From: Zygnema circumcarinatum SAG 698-1b
Lineage: Eukaryota; Plantae; Zygnematophyceae
Direction of reading: 5' to 3'
Assembly: GCA_037447605.1 (NCBI GenBank)
Contig: CM074811.1
Coordinates: 558,001 to 622,000, forward strand
Length of the DNA stretch: 64,000 nt
In this document: positions 41,030 to 59,632 of the stretch, piece after piece
Position numbering within the stretch: position 1 is the stretch's first letter
Layout of the letters: the number at the start of each line of letters is the position of its first letter
Program-made: the position numbers and the translations under genes
The notes under the pieces: model-generated
Databases searched by the model: none
What the model saw: only the letters and a program-made list of their open reading frames with translations
Told to the model about the DNA's origin: nothing

Positions 41030-41969
41030 TTACCGTACATGCTTGATTTGACACGGATCGCGCCGCTCCATAGAACAGCGTAAAGTTGTCAATTACCCGT
41101 GAAACGGATTGCCAGCATGAAGCGGCCACAAGCAGTGGAGACGTGTGTTGAAATTGCAAGTTCTATGCTTCATGCTTTCATGTTGTCATGTTTTCGTTGT
41201 CAAATCACACATCCATGTTCTGAAATACTTCTTCTTCTATTGTGACTTTGTGAGGGCACGTCCGTGACGGTTTGACAGGCAACTTATGTGACGGGGCTTT
41301 CGCTGTGACTGTAACAAGCCGACGCTGTGCTGTTAAGCGTGGAACGGCCCAGCATAGAACTAGTAAGCCAGGCATCCTGGCCCTCTGTCGCAGTGGACGA
41401 AAATTACATTCACAACTTTTGCGTGGCTGGCTGCAACCACGTCAGCGCATTTCTCATACAGAGCAACACGTGGTTTCTTTGTTGTAATCCATTAGACAAA
41501 AATATAGTACATGAATGTGTCCCTTATTTTCGGTGTATGCCCAGTCTTCACGACCAACAAAAATGCGAGCTTTCAACTTATGACACAATTTTAGAACGAG
41601 CAGAACAAGAACAAATTCTTCCTGATAATATTAAACATACTATTGGATCTAATGACAACGAAGATCAAGCTGTGGCTATCAGAAAATACAAAGCAGAATT
41701 AAGTGGACAGTTTGCCCAAAATACTTTACAAGCACGAGAATACAATTGGTTCGGCCCCATTCTTGGCTCCCCAAAAAATAAGAAAAAAAATATGGCAACA
41801 CTTTCTAAACCCCTATTAATGACAATTTTACCCCTTCCCTACTCACATTATGCCCACTAACACGCAGGCAAGGAAAGATGTCGCCTTTGAGCAACATCGA
41901 ATCCCCATATTATGGGACTCCCCCCCCCCCCCCCTTTCCCCCCCTTTAGTATTGAGCATGAGAACTCAC

Positions 41970-44900
41970 TCAAAGTATGCGCACAAAGGAGGTCGCTTCT
42001 TGCCTCTTCTTTTGCACATACAGGCACACCCCAAACCCCGCGAGGACGAGTCCCAAGGCTATGGGAACAGCGATCAGCGCAACGGCGGCGATTGAAATCG
42101 ACCTCTTGTCCTTCTGCGCTCACATGTAACAACAGCTCCTAAAGTTCGTTAAACCCTAATCCCAGGCAAGCAGAAGATGAAAGCACATTGTGCATGAATT
42201 CATGTAACAACAACCGAATTCGTTCGATAAAGTAAACTGGCCTCTCTAATGTCAGTTTCATATTCCACCGTACGCACAGAAGTAAAGTCATATGGTTATG
42301 ATCTTAGAATGTCAGATTCCGACTATTGACTTTGTCGAGGGTCCAGGGCACAATACCGTATTGGCGTCGTCGTCCCCAAGAACGTCCAAGTTGCCGGCCG
42401 GCGCCGGACTGTCGGTGGCGGTGCCGTTGAAGTCTGCCGGCAGGGGAGCCGCCGGCGGCTGTACGGCCAGGTCGGGCGCCAGCGCCGGCGCGCTCACTTC
42501 GGCCGGCCCAGCGGTTTCTGTGACGGTGGCCGTCGAGTTTTCGCCGGCCGGCAGCGTCACTTCTGCCGTCGTCGTGTCGCTGCCGTTCCCCGGCCGGCGT
42601 ACGGACGTGTCGGCGACGGCGATGGCCGGCGACTGCCCGATTTTCCATGTGCCGACGAGCTGTACACGTGGCAAGCTCCGATTCGTCATAATCAGAAGAG
42701 CTCAACAAGGGAACTCCCTGTTAGTTGAAACTGTTAAATTGAGAATTCGCTTCATGGAACTGTTTTGAAAAACTGACGTTCCATGTAGTTCCGCCGAGGC
42801 TGACGAGGGTGTACTCTGGCGGGGCACGCGAGGTGTCACGATCTCCGGAAAAAGCGGAGAATCCGACGGTTCCTGTGCATCCTTCGAATCCGAAACTCGG
42901 GTCCGAAAGGACGGTCAGGATCGACTGCGACGTGACGTCCTCACCTGCGAGGCGCCCAAACCATGAACTTTTCTAAGTACAACAAAACATTGTAAGGCAT
43001 AGAAGCATGAAAACAATGTTATGGAAACAATGTTGAAGTCCCCAATGCCGCACCTTTTTGTATGGCGGTGGAAATCGCGACATAGAATGCCCACACGGCG
43101 TCGATCAAGTACGGCACAAACGCTCGTGGTTTCGTGTATCGCGGGAAGCGAGGGAAGGTCAGGAGCCCCGGGTAGGACGAGTACGTGAGGGAGGCCCACG
43201 TATCGAGGTATCTCCGATACGGGGAGGTCTGGGACGTGTTGCCCTCTGCATGTGGGAGGGAGAAAAATCAAAAAGACTTTTTCAAGTATAGTGGATAGAG
43301 TGTCATTTGTACTTGCTTCTTCTGTTGAAATACTTGGCATTGACCAGAACCATACCTATCACACTTATGTGAGTGATGGAAAGCAGTTGAGAGTTTTGAC
43401 CTTCATATTCAGATTGCAAGATTCTCTCGCTTCATATCGAATTCGAATGGGAATGCGAAGGACTGAGTTTGGATGTCACGTACCGTGCGGATAAAGGCCA
43501 ATCTCTCCTTGCATATTGTACGCTAAGTTCCGATATGTCTCGCCTGAAATAAGAAAGCAAATTTCATTTATCTTTTGTTGTAACATATCAATGAACGGCT
43601 TGAGAGTGAGCGAGAGAGGGAAAGAGAATGGTAAGGAACCTCTACTTTAGTATGGGCCTCTTTTTTTTCATTGTGTTAAGGAACCGATAGTCGTCCATAG
43701 GATAACTTGAACCTTAAGAAACTTGATCCTTTGGAATTTCCAAACATTTTAGGTTGTTAGAAAGTTGAGGTTTCCCACCTTCTCCGATGAGGTCGAATGC
43801 CGTCGCGCCATCTGTCCCGAAGTACCACCATGGATAGTCCAACTTTCCCTGCATGCGCGCACATAGGGAGTCGCCATGGCCGTTCAACGTTTCACGCGAG
43901 AAAGAAGAGAAGCTACTGCGAATGAAACTAGTGAATGAAGTTTCATTCATTAATATTTCAATCTTAGCCACATCTCCACAAAGCTACATGCACCTTCCCT
44001 CTTTTGTCGTTATCCCTTCTCCCCCCCCCCCTCCTCTCCTAACGCTCATAGTCTTTATCTTTCGTCCTTAGGTCCTCTATGACCGGTTACTCGTGGTTCC
44101 CCATGTTGTTGTTTTCCATGTACATTTCATGGCATCGCCATCGTGAGACCAATGCAAAAATTTGTCCCCTTTCGATGCTCACCGAGGCCATGGCCGCCTC
44201 CCACAGGCCCTCCGCCACCTTGGGAGTGGTCGCCATCAATACGGGCACGCGCGGCTCCGCCTCAATGCTGCTGAAGAGGTACTCGTAGCCGCCCTGCGGT
44301 GCATGCACCGGGACAGGCAGGGCGACCACATCCATCGGCCTGCTCCTCTTCTCGTTCGCCACAATCACTTCCTCCTGCACAGTGTTTTGGAACAAGATGC
44401 TCGTCAAGGAGAGCCCATTTCAGACCTGTGTGTATGCAAGTTATGTGAACAAAATTAGGCCACATTTCGACCGAGATTGACATGGGTTTTTCTATGTGTT
44501 GTTGAGGACAGATTCATGCTTACAAAAAGGCTGTTGAGCAGACCCCTTCCGTACGCTTCGTCGCTGTATAACACATAGATCTTTGTGAAATTGAACAGAA
44601 CAGCCTGCATGGACATGCCCCCCTCCTGGTCACGGGACATGGAACCACGAGTGCTTAGAACGCAATCGCTTGCTGCTCCTCTCTGCAAGATCAGGACACT
44701 TTGTCTCTATTTCGACCATGGTTAAAGCCAAGTCAACTCAGTTCGAGTCAGTCAACTCAAATGTCGAGTCATACCGAGTCCACCAGCGCCTTTGCCTGAT
44801 AAGTATCCGGATACCTGTAATGAGCGGAAACCAACCCATCCTTTTCCATCATTCATCTCTACACACTCCAAAAGCGAAATCCCGATCTGAAAATTCTAAG

Positions 44901-46669
44901 CACAAATCAAAGCTCTATCCAAAGTCCATGCACTCTCCCACCACATTCAGCACCTACCCACTCGCCGCCCCAAAGCTGAAATGGGCCAACCCGTTACGGT
45001 GTGAGCAGAGGGGGCTTACACGAGTCGGAAGAAAGTGGGGTACGAGGTTCGATCGCTAAGTTCGGGCGCAGTGGCAGCGAAGGAGATGAGCGGGATTCCG
45101 TGTTGCCCCAAAACAGAGGCGGCCCCAATGGCGGCTTCAGAGCACGCGGGACCCACCACGCCGACTACGCCACTTCGAACAAGACGCTGCATGGAAGGGG
45201 CAGTACGGAAGGGAGCCGAACGGAATGACATGAGCATGGACGGCCCAAGTGCGTGTAAAGGATGATCATAGATGCAATGTGTGTATTTGTTTCTTCCAAA
45301 TAACGAATTGAGGTATGTGATATAGAATAGTACAAGAGAGTTCGAGTACGGGAGGGGCGGGAGGAGGGGCGGGAGGGAGGGAGGGAGGGAGGGAGGGAGG
45401 GAGGGAGGGAGGAGGAGGAGGAGGGAGGGAGGGAGGGAGGGAGGGAGGGAGGGAGGGAGGGAGGAGGAGGGAGGGAGGGAGGGAGGAGGGAGGGAGGAGG
45501 GAGGGAGGAGGAGGGAGGGAGGGAGGGAGGGAGGGAGGGAGGGAGGAGGGAAGTAGGGGGTGATGCATGCAGATATGTGGAATGAGATAGGAGATTCTAC
45601 TACACTCTAGGGTCGTAAAGCGGCTTCGTTCCGTGTGTCTATGGAAAGGGTTGCAATATAAAATTGAACAGGCGAAGGAAGAGACTTTCAATCAAATCAG
45701 CAGCTAGGAGCAAAAAGGAAAGGGGAGAAGAAAGTGGAAGGGTGGAGGGAGGTATCGGGGCAGAAAGGGAGGAATCGAAGAGAGCAAAGGTGCAAGAGGG
45801 AGAGAGGTGCTCTTTACCATGGCCCCTTCCTGCGCGCTCCGACTGCTGCAGTCGGAGTTCTGCACGAACAGCTGCACACGGAAACTGCTCTCATAGTCGG
45901 CCCCTAAAAGCTCCACCGCCACTCGGAGGGCAGAAATCCTGATGTTGGGAGAGGGAGGAGGGAGATGGCGAGGGAGGGGGAGAGGGAGAGGGAGAGGGAG
46001 AGGGAGAGGGAGAGGGAGAGGGAGAGGGAGATGGAGATGGAGAGGAAGAGGGAGAGGGAGAGGGGGGGGTCTCGATAAGAAGTGAGTCTTGCTTGAAGGT
46101 GTGTGTGTGTCGATAGATAGGAAGGGAGAGGGAGGGAAGATGGAGGTGAGAGAGCGAGGGAAAGGTGGAGAAGAAGAGGGAAAGAGAGAAAAAGAGAGAG
46201 CCGCGCACGCATGCATGTGATAACAGCTGTTATGAGAGCCCTTCGAGAATGAAACAAAAGAAAGAAAACATGAAATTTTGATGTCCTCCTTCAAAGGAAT
46301 ATCGCTGTTCTGGTCAGCGTCTGTCTTCATCGCTTGAACGAATTCTGTGATAGTCTACGGAGTGCGAGAAAGATGGAAGCAAAAGGGTGTCTTCGCCGTT
46401 GAAAGTATACTTCAAAATTTCGAGCAAGCTGTTGCGATGTTTCCAACAAACTATTTCGAGTATATTTAAATTCAAAAGTGGGGAGGGGAGAGGGAGGGGG
46501 TAATGGGCTGGTCGTATTCTCACCACTCATCCGCTAAGCGGAGCGGAACGGCGGAGTCCGTATCGGGGTATGGAGTGAGGAAGCCGATACGGATGGGGGA
46601 GGGGAGGGCGGAGCCCACCGCCATGGAGAACGTGAGAGATGCGAGAAGGACCGGTAGAAGCGGAGACAT
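41970..46669 (-). CDS. Single-pass receptor-like protein: signal peptide + Venus-flytrap (ANF_receptor/LIVBP, class C GPCR/natriuretic-receptor-like) domain + T/A/P-rich stalk + TM + short tail, 560 aa, 12 exons
   Basis: Exons 46524-46669, 45818-45938, 45020-45186, 44775-44814, 44524-44604, 44183-44374, 43779-43848, 43484-43543, 43054-43245, 42778-42944, 42357-42659, 41970-42113; all GT-AG and phase-consistent (1683 nt). Signal peptide MSPLLPVLLASLTFSMAVGSA; then [133 protein letters not shown] followed by QKKR. Confidence 0.88.
45352..45550. repeat. (GGGA/GGA)n purine tract in Venus-flytrap gene intron 2
   Basis: Low-complexity GGGAGGGAGGAGG run. Confidence 0.9.
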
Positions 46670-47929
46670 CCTGAGGCTCAGCTGACAGCTGTGTAACTCT
46701 TCGCTATTTCACTCCTCTCTTGCCCTATTTATCTCTCTCTCCCTCACTCTCTCTACACACTTTCTCCCCTCTCCTTTCAGACCTCCTTTGCCCCCTCCCT
46801 CCCTTTACCTCTCCTTCCCTACAGTACAATTCCTCCCAACCACTCTCCCTTTTTACCTTTCCAATCGTACCCAAGCTATCCCTTATTCCTTACTCGAGGC
46901 TCGAACACGCGACCTCACCTTCACCTGCGTCTGCCCGAAGAGCGCCTCCTTCTCCTCCTCGGAAGAAGGTGCGAGCTGAGAGTGGGGGACGGCTGGGGCG
47001 CTCGTGGTTTCCTCCTTGTCGGCGATGTCGGTGATGTCGGTGACAAGCTCGCAACTTGTTGTGCCACGTGGCAAGCGGTCGAGGTTGTCGCTTGCAAGTC
47101 GCTGGGCGGCATCGGAAAATCTTCATTTGTCCTTATCTGGTGAGGATTTGGCAGGTAGCGGATTGACATTAAGGTGCGTCGCAAAAATTTGCAAGTTGAC
47201 AAAGGAAACGACAAGAATCGGACGGCACAGACGAGCTAGATCTGTCCTGACGGGGTCCCGACCGTCGATTCGCGATTCGTGGTGGATCTCAGGTGGATCT
47301 CAGGTGGATCTCAGGTGGATCTCGGGCGTCCCGGGCGGCAAAAAGTCAAAAATTAGAATCTGTCAGGTTGGGTTAACGGCTGTTGACGTTCCGTCACGTC
47401 ACATGAAGGAAGGTCACGTTTGTCGCGTAGGGCGGCTTAACGTCGCGGGAAAGCGCAGGAGCCAGAAGTGGGGGATCTGAAAACGACAAGTAATTTCTTG
47501 CGGCGCTGGGCGGGGAGATTTGGTGCTTTTAGCGGAGATTGCGGCTTTTGTCGAGTAGCTAGGAGTAGATAAGGCAAAAGCTGGACGGGTTTTGTCCTTC
47601 GGTGTGTCGGGCTGTCGGCAAACCGTCGGGCGGCTAACGACAAACTGACGGTTTTAACTGCAGGCCAGGAAGCAAACTTTTGTCGTATGTGACTGGGCTG
47701 TGTGGCTAAGCCAAGTCACGACAGTGACTGGTGTGACTGATAGCCGAGTAAGGGCGTTAGTCATTGCTTGCAGTTTGCCTTTGGTCAGTTGGCCACAATG
47801 GCTGGCTAAGGATGGCTCCTTTTCCAACGTCCAACGGCTGGCGTGGAGGAGACAAGGCTACACGGAACAAGCGATTCGCATGCCAACCGAGGTAAATGCA
47901 CCACCATGCATCCGCCATCACCACATGAG

Positions 47930-48625
47930 AGGGAGAGAGAGGGAAAGGAAGGTGAGGGAGAGCGAGAGGGAGTGGGAGAGGGAGGGAGAGGGGGAGGGGG
48001 GAGAGGGAGTGGGAGAGGGAGAGAGAAAGGAGAGGGAGAGGGAGATGGACAGGGAGAGGGAGAGGGAGAGGGAGAGGGAGAGGGAGAGGGAGAGGGAGAG
48101 GAAGAGGGAGAGGGAGAGGGGAAGGGAGAGGGGGAGGGAGATGAAGAGGGAGAGGGAGAGGAAGGAGAGGAAGAGGGCGAGGGAGAGGGAGAGGGAGAGG
48201 AAGGAGAGGGAGAGGAAGGAGAGGGAGAGGGAGAGGGAAGGGGAGGACGAGGGAGTGGGGGAGGGAGGGGGAGGAAAGGGAGAGGGGGGAGATGGGGAGA
48301 GAGAGGGAAAGGGAGGGCGAGACGAGCGATAGGAGAGGAGGGAGGAAGAGGGAGAGCGAGGGGAGAACGAGAGGGAGCGGGAGGGAGAGGATGGACGAGG
48401 GAGAGGGAGGGGGGAGGAAAGGGAGAGGGGAGGAAAGGGAGAGGGGGGAGAGGGGGAGAGAGAGGGAGAGGGAGGGCGAGGAGAGGGATAGGAGGGGGAG
48501 AAGAGAGGGAGGGAGAGGAAGAGCGAGGGGAGAACGAGAGGGAGCGGGAGGGAGAGGGTGGACGAGGGAGGAGTAGGGGGAGGAAAGGGAGAGGGGGGAG
48601 AGGAGGAGAGAGAGGGAGAGGGAGA
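47930..48625. repeat. ~700-bp purine-only (GGGAGA)n-type tract between the PNPase 3' end and the Venus-flytrap gene promoter
   Basis: Almost exclusively G/A on the + strand, with internal ~100-bp duplications. Confidence 0.9.
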
Positions 48626-48758
48626 GGAGCTCGTTCAAAAATGCGCTTAGTACTGCCTCCTTGGTCCTTATTTAGAAGCGGTAGTACGCCCCTACACAAG
48701 AGTTCCAGAAGTCTCTCTCCACCCCCCTCTCTCTCTCTCTCTCTCTCTCTACCCCCCT

Positions 48759-57926
<9,168 letters not shown>

Positions 57927-57989
57927 GGCGCCGCTGAAGAGGAGCCCTCCTCGTCCTCCCTTCTCCCTCCCTCTTCCCTGCTGCCCCGC

Positions 57990-58140
57990 CCCAGGGTTCA
58001 GGGCCTCCGGAAGTTTAGGGTTCCTTCCAACGGGACATTTCAGGGTTCAGGGCGGGCGGAAAATTAGGGTTCCTTTCAACGGGAAAGTTTTAGGGTTCAG
58101 AGCGTGCCGAGGTCCAAAAATTAGGGCTCAGGGTTCCGTG
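57990..58140. promoter_or_regulatory. Telo-box-like (TAGGGTT/CAGGGTT) cluster in a degenerate tandem repeat immediately upstream of PNPase
   Basis: TTTAGGGTT ~58015, ATTAGGGTT ~58063, TTTTAGGGTT ~58088, ATTAGGGCT ~58120, plus CAGGGTTCAGGG twice. Confidence 0.5.
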
Positions 58141-59632
58141 GGATTCCCGCGACGCAGTTGGGAGGCGTTCCATGGGCAGAAATTTGGTTCCCGTTTCTTC
58201 AGATACTGCACATGTGCAGATTCAGACAGTTTATTGGGGTTCTATGTCCTTGTCACAGGTAGGGCAAAAATTAAGAAATTAGTTTTCTTAGCTTAAGGAA
58301 GTAAATGAAGCCGAGATTTGCCCGTTGCCTCCGGACTTTCAGGAATCAACCATGTTACGCCACGTGGCCTCAACCGTCACCCCATTGGCTGGCCATGTGC
58401 CGACGGCTGTGTCCGTACATAAAATGTTGTACGAATGTTGTACTTGAATGTAAGGAGACGCGCGCAACCGTCGATTGGTGCCTGCCTGGATTTAAATCGG
58501 ACGGCTGTGAGTGGCCAGATCCGATTGACCGGAACGTCGCGAATTTCAGGCGGACAATTCGACAAAATTGGAAACCACAAACCGACGTTTGCGGGAAAAA
58601 AAAATTAAATATAAATATTGCCAAAAAAAACCATCTCTGCCCAAGGGGGTTCGCCTTACATTTGGAACAGAAAAGAAAATTATTTGGACAATGGTCAAGG
58701 TGGAACTCGCCAAAATTTCGGGCAACGAGCAAATTAGGTGTTTGGTACTTTTTTTTTTTTTTGGGAGCCCAATAGTCCAAAGCCAAACCAATGTCTCTCG
58801 TTCAATTCAGCCCAGAAAAATTGAACAACTAAAAATTCTCCAAACGTATCCGCACTTGTCAGTTTCTAGCTATAAACTCGCTTACGTCACGAAAGTTACC
58901 CAATCCGTACATGCTCCTCGCATGGTGACGTCACTTCCCCTCAGTTCCGGAGCTGCCCGTTGCTTCCAAGATAATTTCATCTCTTTACATCGGCCAGGAA
59001 AAATGTTTCCGGCTCCACGTGCCTTCACCTGAATGGCTCTTGAATATTTTTATTTTTTTTTCGTTTTATTTTATGCAGTTCATTCGATCCCACAAACCGC
59101 CGGTTGCAAACCTCGTCGCGAATTTCAAACCCACGGTTGCGAGAGACGGAGGGCTGCCGTAATTTTTTTTCGCACGTGCGGGAACAGCTGCCAACTGGCG
59201 GCGGTCCTGCAAAGGTGCTGCGAGGAAGTGGGAGAGAGAGAGTGAGAGACAGAGAGAGTGGGAGGTGGGGAGGGAGAAGGGAAGGGCGGGAGGGGCGGAA
59301 ATTAGGGTTTTTTAAAGAACGTTCAACGCTCTTCTAAACTGGCGTAGAAATGCGTTGAAGTGACGGAACTGTCGCAACATGCGGTTGTAGGGTTCGGAAG
59401 CGTCGGCAGCAGGTGGAACTTGGAGCAAGTTGAGGTTTGATTTTGCTCTTGAGAGCAAATCGGTTTATTTTTGCCAATTTTTGGCTATTCTTTTGGGAGA
59501 AGACATTTGGAGGGCATTTAGGGTTTGCAGGAAATGGAATTTTGGCAACTCTAGCATATGGAAGGAGTGTCTTAGGGGAGAGGGAGAGAGGGGGGGGGAG
59601 AGATAGGGGGGAGTGAGAGAGGCGCGGCTGCA

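Noticed and set aside
44087-44182. ORF-track tail VSIERGQ...MGNHE* as the end of a protein
   Set aside because: It lies beyond the TCG|GTGAGC donor at 44182, so it is intron 6. The domain continues in phase at 43848.
41970-46669. Calling the Venus-flytrap gene a glutamate receptor-like (GLR) channel or class C GPCR
   Set aside because: The domain is followed directly by a low-complexity stalk, one TM and a stop. No S1/S2 ligand core, pore loop, cysteine-rich domain or 7TM exons are visible, and there is no room for them before RUK.
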